Of a stretch of 64,000 nucleotides of DNA, positions 12,067 to 26,277 are shown one piece after another (within the stretch, counting starts at the first letter, position 1; every line of letters starts with the position of its first letter). The position numbers were made by a program, and so were the translations under genes. Under the pieces are notes generated by a model. It made no database searches. It saw only the letters and a program-made list of their open reading frames with translations, and was not told the origin of the DNA. The DNA is taken from NCBI RefSeq assembly GCF_020745735.1, contig NC_083439.1, forward strand, positions 20,164,596-20,228,595, read 5' to 3'. The stretch is from Hemiscyllium ocellatum (taxonomy: Eukaryota).

Positions 12067-13572
12067 CTGTAGAACAGAAATATTAATTTTTAATTTTAAT
12101 GTTTTTTTAAGAACAATGTTAAAAATTAATGCAGGAAGTAACTCTATCAAGAAAAAGACCTTTGATTTCACACAATTACAAACATTGCTTTGGGTACTTG
12201 AATGATAAATGACACTGAACACAGCTGCCATAAAAGTAAAACAAAAGAACCCTTTTTAACTGAACAGATACGCTATCAATACTTTATACTGTATCACACT
12301 TTTTCTCATGTCGGTCATGGGCTTTCAGAGGTTCTGAGGAAAACAATTTAAGGTAGTAGATGGAAGTCAGGCTGATTCTGGATTCCCGCTGTGCATTATG
12401 AAAAGAATGGTTCATTAAAATTTGTTGCCTTTTTATGATCAGTTCCTACTCCATGAATTCTTAAAGTAGATTCCAGGAGTCAGACCTCAATTATGACAAT
12501 TATGAATCTACAACCTTAAAGTGATTTCCTCAGTACATCTGAAACGCATGATCGGCATGAGCAAAATTGTTACACAATTTAAAATACTGTCAGCATATCT
12601 ATTCAGTTGTGTTGAATTAATATATTACTATAGGACAAGATTATGGTTAGATTGCAAGTTAGTAAAGTACCTTTTAAATAAGGAAAATACAAATTTTGTT
12701 TCCAAGTCACAATTCCATCACAGAAATGAACTGCTTTCAGGGCACCTATTCTTAAGCAGTGCAATATGAAATAAAGGCAAGACTCCAGATCTTTTCTAAG
12801 GTATGGTGCCCAGATCGGTTCACAGTACTCCATTTGGGATCTAATTAGAATTTTGTATAACTGCAGTATAACTTCTACATCCTTGTACCTGAGCCTTCTG
12901 GATATAAAGACCAGCATTCTATTAACTTTCTTGATTATTTTCTGTACCTGTTCCTGATTTATTAAAGATCTATGCATCTGAACCCCCAAGTCTCATTGGC
13001 CATCCTTATTTAACTTCATTCCTTCTAGTATGTATGCTGATCAATATTTTTTTGGTCCAAAATGGATAACCTCATATTGACTTACATTGAATTCCATCTG
13101 CCACAGATTTGCACATTCAGTTAGTTTATCGACAGCACCATTGGATTTTTATGCTAACCTCTATAGTGCTGCCTAACTTCATGTCAGCAACAAATTTAGA
13201 TACATGACTTTCTATGTCATTATCTAAGTCGTTAATAAATAATGCAAATAACTGAGGCTCAAACATAGACACTGGTCACACCATAAGACATCGAAGCAGA
13301 AATGAGAACATTCAGCCCATCGAGTCTGCTCTGCCATTCAATCATGGCTGATAAACTTCTCAATCCCATTCTCCTGTAAGCCCTGATCCCTTTGATACTC
13401 AACAACCTATCTATCTCAGTCTTAAATATACTCAATGACCTGGCCTCCACAGCCTTTTGTGGCAATGAATTCCATAGATTCCCCACTCTCTGGCTGAAGA
13501 AGTTTCTCCTTATCTCCATTCTAAGAAGTCTTTCCTGTATTCTAAGGTTATGCCCTCGAATCCTGTCTCTCC

Positions 13573-14333
13573 TGTTTCAACACAGCGGTGAACCCTTCCG
13601 CCAATTAAACCAAACACCCGGAAATCTCATCTCACCCTGTAATCTGTTACAGTATGAGTGACAGAGAACTCGCAAATTCCACTATTTAAAGGAAAAATAT
13701 CAATTTATTCTTTAACTCTAAAAATGAACATTAAACAACAACTATTTAAACTCTTAAGTCTCCTCTCTCTTAAATGTCTGTTATTACTTCCCACTTTATA
13801 ACAATATACTGTTCTGATAAAAACCCATATTAAAATTACATCAACTTAATATCATAGCCACTCAGCGGATGTCATTTCCGGTGTCTATCTTCCTCTGGCT
13901 GTAGATCTCCCTGGGTCATCTTCGGTCTTTTGCAGCAAAGATGTTTCATATGAAAAAGGTACCTTTGATTGAGTGTGTGGTGCTGGCAGTTACTCTGGCG
14001 ATGACAGTTGGTCTCACTGTCTAACTTTCAAAATGTCTGATTCTTTATACCCCGAACATCAGATTGTCTCATGGTTGGCAAAACAATAAATTCAAACGCA
14101 ATTGGATTTTAGTATCCTGGGGCATAATTTAAACTGATTGGTTAAATTCAAATGGTTGGCAAAGCAGCATCCAAAACTCAGCTATGTTTCACAGCCATGT
14201 GTTATATATTTTCAATTTTTCAGAATACTCTGAGACTGCTAGTCAGTCACATGACAGGTGCCTGCAAGCTTTCAGTGCAAAACAACTTTCAGTCTCTCTT
14301 AAAGGTACAGTAAACGCCTTCAACTTCATAACA
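13573..14333 (-). mobile_element. Solo LTR
   Basis: TG...CA, 4-bp TSD CTCC; terminus TGTTATGAAG...ACCTTTAAGAGA shared with 54884. Confidence 0.85.
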
Positions 14334-14694
14334 CTCCTACCAATAGAAACATCTTCCCAACATCCACCCTGTCTGGGCCATTCAGTATTCTGTATGTTTC
14401 AGATAGATCCCGTTCATCCTTCTAAACTCCATTGAGTATAAACTTCAAATGTTACTCATAGGTTAAGCTTCTCATTCCTGGGGCCCTTCTCATGAACGTC
14501 TTTTGAACACGCTCCAAAGCCAATACATCCTTCCTGAGATATGGGACCCAAAACTGCACACAATACTTCAAACGTCTTGCCAATTTGAGTACCTACCCAT
14601 TATTACTACCTTCTGATGCCTGTCACACAAATGATTTCCCAGTCACATCAGTAATTTGCCCTTAATTCCAAGGGCTTCTACCTTAATTAACAGT

Positions 14695-15468
14695 TGTAAC
14701 TTTATGGATTAGATTAGATTACTTATAGTGTGGAAACAGGCCCTTCGGCCCAACAAGTCCACACCGACCCACCGAATGTAAGAATCAGCAATAACTCTTC
14801 CTGAAATAAATTGTTTTCTGAGATGAAAGAGACATGGAGAAACTGTTATAAAGGAATTAAAAGCAATATGTTAATTAATCATTCCTGGGAAGGAGTCAAA
14901 GCAAATAAACAAGCTGTTCCCTGGGAGAGAGATAGTAACACTGCTTGATAACCTGCTTCCTTGTGATAAATGGGCAGTTAAGATTGCCTGCAGAAGAAAT
15001 ATTCTGAAGTAAAAGGGTCAAACAGACAGCTAACACAGAGTTAACAAGGAACAGGGGAGCTACTTCTGATAAGCTACGGACTTTATGTGTCAAGAAATGT
15101 AATCAGTGTTGAGGATGAAAATATCTAAAGGATCATCAGTAACATCACACCAAAAACTTGAAATAGGGAAATTATGTAAGAATCCAATACCAGAACTCTC
15201 CTAAGCTGAAATCTGAAAACAACAATGCACAAGAATCAAATCTTGGAAACTTCCAGAGACTGACACTGTGTAATAGCTAATAACATAGCTAAGTTCTATC
15301 TAGTAATAACCAAGTTGAATTTTGAGGCTTAACTTGCTTACGTCAGGGATCTTATTTTGCTCGTTACCTGCAATAAAGTTTAAATCATTGTTTCAGTACT
15401 TAATTGCCTGAGAGACTTCTTAATAAATACCTGAATTCAAGACAACTTGTTATGATTTACCCACAACA
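14695..15468 (+). mobile_element. Probable solo LTR containing a truncated SINE tail (14708-14776)
   Basis: TGTAAC...CAACA, TSD CAGT/CCGT, AATAAA at ~15372; interrupts continuous CR1 sequence. Confidence 0.65.
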
Positions 15469-18109
15469 CCGTCTCTTATGTGGGACTTTACCAAATGCCT
15501 TCTTGAAGTCCATAAAAACAATAGTCATAGACATTCCCCTATCCACTACCTTTATCAGCTGTTCAAACATTCACTGAGGTTTATCAGACATGACCTATCT
15601 GTCATGAATTCATGCTGGCTCTCCGTGATTAACAGAAATTTTTCAAAGTGTGCAGTTACCCCTATTCTTGATTACAGATTCTGACAATTTCCCCACCACA
15701 GACATTAGGCTAACGGATCTGTAATTCCCCGGCTTTCCTCTTTCTCCCATCATAAAAAACAGAGTAACGTGCAATTTCCGATCCAGAGGGATGATTTTTA
15801 TATCTAGAGAATTCTGAAAGATTACAGTTAAGGCATCCACAATGTGCTGTACACAATGTACCATCTATAATAGTGGCTGTCAAAGATTCACAGATGATGT
15901 GTGGTTAGTACTAGGTTCAGTGGGAGAGACAATTGAAGCTGAACCATGGAAAAGCAGCTTAGAGTTGAAATTCTTTTGGACCAACCTCCTGGGTGCACAC
16001 ATGGGCAATCTCAACCATGATGCGATCAATATGCATAGCAACAGACAGGACATCTTATCAAATATTGCAAGATATACTTATCATTTGGAACATCACAGAT
16101 GACTGAGAATAGCAGTAATTATTGTGGAGGCTAACAACACCAGAGAATGCTGGATCCTCCCAAAACAAATGAGGAAAAACAACATGATTGTCGAGTATGC
16201 AAGATAAAAATATATACAAGGAAATTGTCTCTTCCTAACCTTGATGAAACTGGTGTCATTGTGCATTTTTAAAAAAATCTGATTATAGCCAATGCCTCTC
16301 TTCCTATGCCTGGTAATTTGACAATTAGTGGGCTAACCTCAGCAACGTCATTAAAGCTATTGGATATTTACTGAAAACTGCTTTCCTAGTGTCCTTCAGG
16401 GAGGGGAGTTGACCAAATTCATCCATTCTCTGAGCTCCACCTGACTCCAGCTGTACAATATCTGGTGACTTCAAAACTAGAAATGGATAACATAGGGCCT
16501 TGACACATTTTTTAAAAAGTCCTGGCAAATGAACTAAATATAAACATCTTAAAATTCTGTTCTTGACAAGAGTGGATGGATATTTAACATACGGTATTCC
16601 TCTGCTGTTTGAACAAGCTTATTTCAAGTAAGATACACATCTCACTAAAATAAGAGACGGAAGAAAATTCTATAAGGTCACTCCATTCAGATGCTGAAAC
16701 TGTCAATAATAATTTCCAAGGTAAAGAGACAAAACAAAGTAAGAATAATGCAGATTTCAATGCCAAATGCACTCAAACTAAAATAGTTCAGCTAAAGGTG
16801 GCAACAGGAAGTTATAATGCTCTTGGAAGGCAGAAGGTCAGTATGAATTCTACGTGTAGGGCAGGTTTGTTCTGCTAAGGTAGGCAGAAAGAGGAGAGCA
16901 TAGTTTTATATTTATCCCCAAGAAAGATCTGAACTGAAGCATTCTGGCTTTAACTAACTGGCAGAGGTTAAAATTATCAGTGAAGGTCATAAGGTTACAT
17001 TTTGGCCTCATGTATCAAAGTATCCATAAAGGATATCTAGGCCAGATTTCTACAAATGGCTAGGGTGGCATTAAGAACTCAAAAATAATACAATCTCTTT
17101 GTTCGAATAACCACATGCATAATTAATTTCAAAAACTCTGTAACAACCTTACAAAGTCACATCTAGCTCATTGGCATTGCAATGTTTTCCTCACTAGGAC
17201 ATGTCCAACAGAATGTTCAACTATTAATCAACAGAGTTATTCTTATAGAATCATAGCAAATCAGCAAGTATCCCAGATTCTTCTACCACTATTCCTAAGG
17301 TATCCTGTGTCATTAACATAAAAGACCCACAACAATGGTGACACATCCTGACACATCAAAAACAAGCTACTGTAGTTTTATAGCGACTTAACATAATAAA
17401 GCATGTCAAAGTCTTTACAAGACCATTATAAAACAAAGTTTGACACTAAATCACATACAACGAAATAAAGATTGATCAACTAAATCTTGCTGAAGAAGAT
17501 AGGTTTTAAGGAGCATTTTAAATTATAGAAGAGTGGCATGGGAGATTAGTTCCCTTAGCTTGGAATTAAGTGTTGCTGAAGGTATACCTCAAAGCTGGAG
17601 TGACATTTCAGGAAAGGAGTGGGCTGAGACTCCCCAGCATTGACTCTGACAAATTCAGATCAAACAAAGACAAGGAAACCTTCTTTCCCTCAGCGAGTGA
17701 ATCAGTACATTTCCTAATGAACATCAGACGAAAGATTCATTCAAAGTATAAAACCTCTCAAAAGGTCACTCATTCTTGTAACTTGGTTACAGTAGTTCCA
17801 AAACATAAATCTCCATATGAAAATGAGTATTTTTAGTGTATGATGATGAAAATATTTACTAGAGAGATTACTTAAAAGAACATTTGGAATTTATATTGCA
17901 CCTTTTATGACTTTAGGCCATCTAAAGCCACTTATAACCAATGAGGTACTGCAAGTGCAGTCACTGTTACAATAAAGGAAATATCAATTTCCGCATCACA
18001 AACAGAAATGACATGAAGGCCTCATAATCTGCTGTACATGATGTTGGTTGAGGGATAAATATAACGCAGGATACCTGGGTTAACTTCCATGCTTAAGTGC
18101 TATAAATCA

Positions 18110-18399
18110 GGCGGCACTGCTGCCTCACAACGCCAGAGACCTGGGTTCAATTTCCCGCCTCAGGCGACTGACTGTGTGGAGTTTGCACGTTCTCCCCGTG
18201 TCTGCGTGGGTTTCCTCCGGGTGCTCCGGTTTCCTCCCACAGTCCAAAGATGTGCGGGTCAGGTGAATTGGCCGTGCTAAATTGCCCGTAGTGTTAGGTA
18301 AAGGGTAAATGTAGAGGTATGGGTGGGTTGTGCTTCAGCAGGTCGGTGTGGACTTGTTGGGCCGAAGCGCCTGTTTCCACTCTGATAAGTAATCTAATC
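18110..18399 (+). mobile_element. HE1-like V-SINE inserted in an older Deu-type SINE
   Basis: B box GGTTCAATTTCC, V-domain, AATCTAATC tail. Confidence 0.88.
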
Positions 18400-18659
18400 C
18401 TTTACTCCAATTGTTAGACTTAGAATAATGCAAGCCATATACTGGACCTTCAATCTTTATCCCTCATAATAGAAGATCAAAATCGATACATTTACAAAAT
18501 TAAAAACTTGCCAATTAAAAACAAGGCTCAAAGCAGTGTAGGACTGGCCGATAAATGGTTTGCCTTAGTGAACACAGTAATTTTATCAGAGCTATTACTA
18601 GCTACATAATTGCTCAACAGCATCAGCACTCCAATCCACAAAGAACAATGCAAGATCAG

Positions 18660-19156
18660 GTGGCAACCTTGGTTCAGTGGCACTGCTTTTACCTCCAGAA
18701 CAGGACGTTGTGGGTTCAAATCCCAATCCATAGCATAAAATTGATCTAGCTTATGCACTAGTGTGTGTTGAAAATGCTATCTTTCAAATAAAGGCACATA
18801 TAAAGGATCCATTGCACTATTTTGATGAAGAGCACAGAAGAATTTTATAGCAAAAAACCCAAAGAACTGCAAATGGTGGAAATCAGAAACAAACAAAAAT
18901 TACTGGAAAAACTCAGCAGTTCTGGCAGCATCTGTGGAGAGAAAGCAGAATTAACATTTCAGGTTCAGTGACCCCTTTTTAAGATCTCTCCAACATTCTG
19001 GCCAATATTGATCCCTCAGCTCACATCATATTAGCTCTTTTCTGTGGGCAAATTTATTGCTACATTATAATAGTGACCAAAACACCTCACTGTGAAGTAC
19101 TTTGCAAAGGTCTGAAGTCATGTGTAAAGTGCTATATAATGCAAGTCTTTTTTTTA
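18660..19156 (+). mobile_element. Ancient Deu-domain SINE (SacSINE1-like) interrupted by a family D PLE end
   Basis: tRNA-like head with GGGTTCAAATCCC, GAAGAGCA...TGGCCAATATT.ATCCCTCA Deu-like core, AGTGCTATATAATGCAAG tail; related copies at ~17880-18100 (-), ~32150-32400 (+) and ~47290-47590 (-). Confidence 0.6.
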
Positions 19157-20286
19157 TTAAAATGGCACTTCGACGCAATAGCAGACTTACCACATCCAGA
19201 ACCTAAAATGGTGAAACAATTAAAAAAGCTAACAGACTGTGTCCACCATCCTGTCCACAACACCCAAATCCCAGAGTCAAAAAATAATGCTGGGAACTTG
19301 TTCTGTTCAGCCTGAATTGTTCTGAGTACAAGTGAGACGGTAATGACACAATCGTTTTCAATTATGGAAACCGTATTCCAGATTTGGAATGATCACTGAT
19401 TTATTTTAATCTTAAAGTTTACGGTTTGAGAAACTTAAGTAAAACTTCAAAATAAGGGTTTCTGGTAACAATACTGAACCAACCTACTAATTTTCCAGAA
19501 TGCAATATACAGGCCAAAGTTCTATTATGGTGATTATGTAAATAATGAAAACATACAACACTGAATTAGATTATAAACTGCACAATCCTCTCATTCTAAA
19601 TACAGGCAACACTTGCCTGCTATCTCATCGTGTGCAGATCCTACCTAAATTTTGTGCAGTATTAGTAAGCACTAAGTTAGGTGACAGCGTTTTCGCATTT
19701 CTCCACTGCTGCCTGGCCAGTTGGCAATTCTTGGATATTTCAGGAGAAAACTGCAGGTGCAAAGTTGTGGCGAAGGACTGGGGAAAAAAGCAAGAGCCGC
19801 ATAATTATGCCATCTGAATAGATGCTGGTATGAGAAGGAAATGAGATGTGAGGAGCAGGATTAGACATGAGTATACTGTCATCTTCCATCGTTTTATCCC
19901 AGCCATCAGCCTCAGCAACAATAGTTCCAATGATGCTGAGCACTTCAGTCGAATTCTACCAAGGAAGAGGGGAAATATGCCAAGGTTTAAACTCACATGA
20001 TTGTCATCATGCACTAACTGATAGTTGTCTAAGCTGTGAAATATAAATATGATGCATAGGCACTGCTCTGAGTATTTTCTGAGGACAATGGTGTAGGAGA
20101 TGGAATAAGATATTTATAGATGAATTCACTGATTATGACCACTTAGCTGAGGGTATTGATCCTTTTGAACACTACCCTCAGAATTTTAGTGTTTGGCTCC
20201 TGGCACTGGTCTCAACTACTATCTACTCCCACTGTCTTTTAAGTGTTTGGAGGTTTCTTGTGGAGACAGCAGAAAGTTGGCATAGT

Positions 20287-21163
20287 TCCGCCACCTCCAA
20301 ACGGACCCCACCAGCAGGGATATATTTCCCTCCCCTCCCCAATCAGCGTTCCGAAAAGACCACTCCCTCCATGACTCCCTCATCGGGTCCACACCCCCCA
20401 CCAACCCAACCTCCACTTCCAGCATCTTCCCCTGCAACCGCAAGAAATGCAAAACTTGCGCCCACACCTCCCCCCTTACTTCCCTCCAAGGGATCCTTCC
20501 ATATCCGCCACAAATTCACCTGTACCTCCACACACAACATTTACTGCATCTGCTGCACCCAATGTGGCCTCTTCTATATTCAGGAGACAGGCCACCTACT
20601 TGCGGAACGTTTCAGAGAACACCGCTGGGACACCCGGACCAACCAACCTAACCACCCCGTGGCTCAACACTTCAACTCCCCATCCCACTCCACCAAGGAC
20701 ATGCAGGTCCTTAGACTCCTCCATCGCCAGACCATAGCAACACGATGGCTGGAGGAAGAGCGCTTCATCTTCCGCCTAGGAACCGTCCAACCACAAGGGA
20801 TGAACTCAGATTTCTCCAGTTTCCTTATTTCCCCTCCCCCCCACCTTGTCTCAGTCCCAACCCTCGAACTCAGCACCACCTTCCTAACCTGCAATCTTCT
20901 TCCTGACCTCTCCACCCCCACTCCGGCCTATCACCCTCACCTTAATCTCCTTCCACCTATCACATTTCCAACGCCCCTCCCCCAAGTCCCTCCTCCCTAC
21001 CTTTTATCTTAGCCTGCTTGGCACACTTTCCTCATTCCTGAAGAAGGGTTCATGCCCAAAACGTCGATTCTCCTGCTCCTTGAATGCTGCCTGACCTGCT
21101 GCGCTTTTCCAGCAACACACTTTCAGCTCTGATCTCCAGCATCTGCAGTCCTCACTTTCTCCT
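20287..21163 (+). mobile_element. 5'-truncated Penelope-like element, family B (GIY-YIG region plus pLTR)
   Basis: Near-identical to 60040-60930; FTCTSTHNIYCICCTQCGLFYIQETG; hammerhead at 21034-21069 with GAAA changed to AAAA; TSD ATAGT. Confidence 0.9.
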
Positions 21164-24100
21164 ATAGTCACAGAGAACCAAAGGATGCTCTCATTAAAGA
21201 GAGATAACCGACAGTGAGTTCAACCTGAGGTGCCAGGTTGAGAAGACAGGGCCTTCATGGTGATCTCATCCAGCCCGGGTCCTGAATACATGCTGTTGGC
21301 ATCACTCTGCATTGCAGATGAGCCATACAGCCAACTGAGCTACCCAATACCACCATCCCAGCTTGTTCCATATCCCAAGTAAAAACGTTATGCAATATTT
21401 AAAAATTCTCTGGTCAGAGTGACTTATGTGAGAAATTCTACACTTCCTCCTGTCAGAATATACCTCCTCTACAGAGAGTTCAATTGGTTTTAAGTAGTTC
21501 CAACTTGCTTTAATTTGCACAAACCCCCTCTTGATCTTGATACTTGCTGAGATGTGAAACCGCTCAGTAATGTTGCTTGCACTGGCTATGTGCTACAACT
21601 ATGATGGCAAGCAGGACACACAAGGTTTGTATGCTGCCTACATCATACTGAATGGGTATGAGTAATTATGCAGCAACAGCGCATTCCCATTTTTTGCAGT
21701 AATCCAAATTCACCCTTTATGTTGTTTGAAGTCTTTTATAGATAAGTGATTGAATGAACTCTACCTTTACAGAAGTTTATTAATTATTTGTTCAAATCTT
21801 CATCAGTCTTCACCAAACTCAGAAGGACATATACGTAAAACAAAAAGAATCGTTGAGTTTTTGTATTGAAGGATGTGTTTGTATTTTTAGCAAAACTCCA
21901 TTAATGTAACAAAGAACTTACAGATGTCTGGAAACACCCCCGCCCGCCCGCCTCCCCCCTCCCCCCCACCCACCCATAAATAAAGTATATGCTCTGCAAA
22001 CAGATTCTGTCGTGTAAGTTTGGTCTGCCAATATTATGAGCACAGGGTTTAAGATACAGAGATATTGCACACAGATTATATTTTTACAGGGTAATCAGAA
22101 AGAAACGGAAACAAATTTTGTAATTAATTTTGACCCAGACTCCTCTTAATGTCACAGGACTACATGCTAACATTAATGTGTTAAATCATCAGCTTTTAGG
22201 AGTAAATGTTACACCATTCCAATTTACTACTTTAACTACCTTCTCTGTTGGGACTATTTATGTGCACCCGAAGACAATAATAAAAGACTTTTTTGTGTTA
22301 AATTAGCTATTTTAAGAAACACATTCTCCAAAAATATTGAAAATTTGTCAATCATGATATAAATAAATTCCACTAGAAATACAAAACATCTAAACTTTCT
22401 GTAAGCAACTGCAGATTAGTTAGCAGGCAAGGCCATTAAATGGTCAGAAATTAGCATGAATGCAGCAGTGTACATTCACAGATGATGGTTTCTCTTTAAG
22501 TGTATTTCCCAATCGCAAGGCTATTATTTTGAGGCAAGCTGATTTCACAAAGTGCACTCATTGAAAGCATATCCGAGTTGCGTGAGAAATTTCCATATCT
22601 CTCACACTCTTGTAAATCACAATTGAACAGTAGTAAACCAAAGAATGAAGTAAACCATGGCTGGTTTTAATTTTACTGCAACATCCTTGCCAATGACTGG
22701 GATTGATTCAGAGACTGCCCTTTGGTAAGTAAGGCTTTATTAGCCAGATCACCTTAAAATACTTTATGATTTCTGGTGCTCTCGTCACGTTATGCATTAC
22801 TGGCCAGAAGCGTGTTCCAACTATTGGCTGCAAATCAAAAATTACTGAGAAGTTCAAGCAAGCTGTTTAACATGATATGAAGCTTTGAAATTTGGGATAA
22901 ACAAAGCACATCAACTATAAACAATATTTTTTCTTGAATCATGATTTAAGTCAACATGTGAATATCATTTGTAACCCATTTTTCTAGAAAGGTGGAACAC
23001 CAGTTTTCGTTAAACATTTCCCTCAAGCCCAGGCATTGAGTCTTGTTGGTATTTTCAGAATGGCTTTAGGATTACATAAAGGATTTAGAATAGTCAGAGG
23101 ACTTCAGCTCGCATAAAGCCAAATTGGGTACTTTAGACAGGAGGGACATTGAAGTTTAGGGTTGACTAAAGTTCACAGACTGTAGGTTCACAGACCTGAC
23201 TCTCCACACAGCAAGTCAGAATCCTTGGCTACGTAGTCTTGTGGAGGTTACATGGAAACAAAGTACTTCTCCAAAGCAAGGAAAAAAATTATGACAAGGC
23301 ATGTCAACCTGGGTCGCTCTAGGTCCTAAAGACTAATAATGTAGTAACATGTGCAAACCCTAGAGGGTAATTTGCCTGTCAAACTTCTGTGAAGAGTATG
23401 ATGTGTGGTAAGAGGAAAACTTGCACTGAATTTAGGATGGGGGCTATAATTAAAGCTAACAAATGGCAGTAATTAAAAAGAAACATGCCTAGAAGACAAA
23501 TGCACAGAACAAAATAAGTACAGAATTTGGGATTAACATTGTTAATCCCTCCTGGAAGTACTGTGCAGTTCTATGGTTAAATGTATGTTTACAGCCGGAG
23601 GCTCCTGGTTCAAATTCATTCCCACCATCAAAGGTTTCAAAGGGAATTATCATAACTGGACTCTATTCTACCTAGTTGCAAAATGAGTACTACCATCTGG
23701 TGGAAAGTGAATGTGCATTCTGCTAAGAGGAGAAGCCCCTTACCAATCAGAAATTGTGCTCTCTTTGGCAGGCATTTGGCTAAGAGCTTGCTGCAGAAAC
23801 AAATTGATTTTTCAGTCCCTGACTTAGTTTTAGTCAGTGAAATAAAGAAGTGCAAAATAAGATATTGCAAGCTTCACTACGTACGGTGAACCGCAATTAC
23901 AGTAATTGCAATGAGACTGATGTCAATGATGTATATCAAGACACTGCCATACTGATAATGTGCATTAATGTTAGGTGCGAGGAACAAATCCAAGACAAAT
24001 GGACCTCATTATAAAGCATATCCATTGTTTATCTTATAGGAAGATTGTAATGTAAATAGAATTTCATGACATTTCTTTCTATTCGAAAGTCATTAAACCA

Positions 24101-26196
24101 AACAAGTATTGCTGTCTGAGCAATATCAACCTGTAGTACTTTCATTGTATATGACAATTATGCGCTTATATTTAACAATTTAAATTGAAGTAAAGGCACT
24201 GTGATCATGGTGTGAAATTTACTTTGTGCAAAATATTGTTTGTTATAAAGAAGTTAATTATTTTGCGGCAGAGATCAAAGTAAATGTCACTCCATGTCAC
24301 ATAATTTAATACTTTAAAGATTTCATACTTTTGAGCTTCCACTTAATCATCTAGGCAAATTAGCTTATGTTATTCTCTACACAAATATCTTCGATGGTGC
24401 ATCAGATGAACAAAAGATACTCACTTCATTAAACCCAATAACCTTATTGTGAAATGTATAAGGAAGGTAGTAAAACACCATAAACTGTTATAAATTCGCT
24501 ATATGTAAAGATATACAAAATGCTTCCTCAAAATGATTTTATTCCAGCAACACTATCGGTCAGCATGTATAAAGGTGAATGAAATAAATAAAGGAAAAAA
24601 AAACAGAGGAATTCTTTTACATTGCAATACTAGAACACACAATATACCTCTTATGACTGATTTATGATCAGTTGCCAAATTGGTTCAAATTTTCCAGATG
24701 AAAATTCAAAGGCTGCGTGCTCTTTATACATTTTTGCGCATAATTCGATAATACATTATTTTTACAAGCAGTCCAGTAATAAGCATGCCTAATATTGTAT
24801 GTCTTTAGAGAATTTTTTCAAACCACATTCCATACAGTTTCACTGTTGCTAATACATTGACATATCCTCCATATAAAACAGTGCAGCTGAAAGATAGATT
24901 TATGAAATTATAAAATAACTTCGTTTTCACTGGTATGCACATTTTCCTTCAAGATGCCATATGTTAAAACTATTAATCTCATGGGTTTCAGCCCCTCCAA
25001 GAGTATTAAATCATGTGGTTACCTTCGGTTTTTGAACAATTTTCTTCCAAACCTGAATCTAGTCAGGTGCTGTTGAATCTAGGTGACACTTAACAGCATT
25101 TTGTCTTCTGTATTATATTTATTCTAATAACTGTAAGTCTCTGAATTATAATATTTACTCACTACTTGTTAATTATAGAAGCAAGATACCCATTTAAATG
25201 TAAATTATGGCAAAATGGCTCAGACATTTCTTCTGAAATCACTTGTTTCAGTGTAGAAAGGAGTGGGAGTTGTAATGGGGGTCCACAATATCTACTGCCA
25301 TTTTGGAATTCTTTTGACAGATGTGATGGCAGATTTAAATATATTTGCCCAAATTTGGATAGGAATATGCAAATCATGAGGAGCTATGAGAAAATAATTC
25401 CAAGTGCAGAGTCATGAACATCTTGGCAATGATGTGCATTAGAAACAGAATTACATTCATGGTCTATACCATTACTGAGACTGGGACACAAAACAAAAGG
25501 GCTTAACTAGCCTAATGTAGATTAATACAACAAAGCTACTAATTACAAAGGGTAATTGGGGGGGGGGAAAAGAAAATCATTTTCATATGGCATTCTAAAG
25601 CTAACTGCCCCTATCACTGAGTGCTGCAGCTATCTCCAAACTCCATTCCAGCATTGTTCTATTCCAGAGGCAAGTATCCAAAATGGAGCCCAAGTTGTCA
25701 TGGGGATCATCAATAAAAATTAATATTTAATCTAGACAAAACACAAGGAAATTGTTGCAGTCAAACTGCGAAAATCTAGGGCACTGCCTCCTGCAGAGCT
25801 TGTTGAGCAAACACACTGCATAAGCAATTTGTTGTACGTACAAACAAGATCACTCATTCTTAGTTGTGAATTGTAATAAAGTTAATACAATCAACTGCAC
25901 ATGTTCTTGTCTGAGGTACAGAGTGAAATTAGCTATTCCTAACCAGTATCCAGCATTTCCTTCTCAAAGGTATGGACATGTGGACTTCAAACGGCACCAG
26001 CCCCATTTAACTATAATATTCTCACAGATATAGCCTGCTAATGATTTGTGTTGATAGAAAAGAAAAATGATCAATTCAGTAGAATATGTTATGATACACC
26101 AGTGCATCTTGTGGTGAGACTTGAAGCCAGGCCTTCTGGCTTAGAGCTGCAGGCACTTGCACTGTGTCATACGATACTAGGTTTTTTTTAAAAAGT

Positions 26197-26277
26197 GCAC
26201 TCGGCAGGATCCAGTCTTGCAGGGAATTACCCCCATCCACTTTAAATCCATCGTCTTAACCATTCAGCTACAACTAG
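26197..26277 (-). pseudogene. Decayed tRNA-Ser-derived sequence
   Basis: TAGTTGTAGCTGAATGGTTAAGACGATGGATTTAAA...GATCCTGCCGAGTGC tracks vertebrate tRNA-Ser (GTAGTCGTGGCCGAGTGGTTAAGGCGATGGAC...GAATCCTGCCGACTAC); stems broken; followed by TTTTT. Confidence 0.7.

Larger units (their letters stand above)
12785..15845 (-). mobile_element. Nested CR1 LINE fragments interrupted by a second CR1 3' end, two solo LTRs and a SINE
   Basis: CR1 ORF2 motifs LYK.L.R...EYC...WAPY, FFSQRV.NLWNSLP and PGNYR.VSL.SVVGK. Confidence 0.85.
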
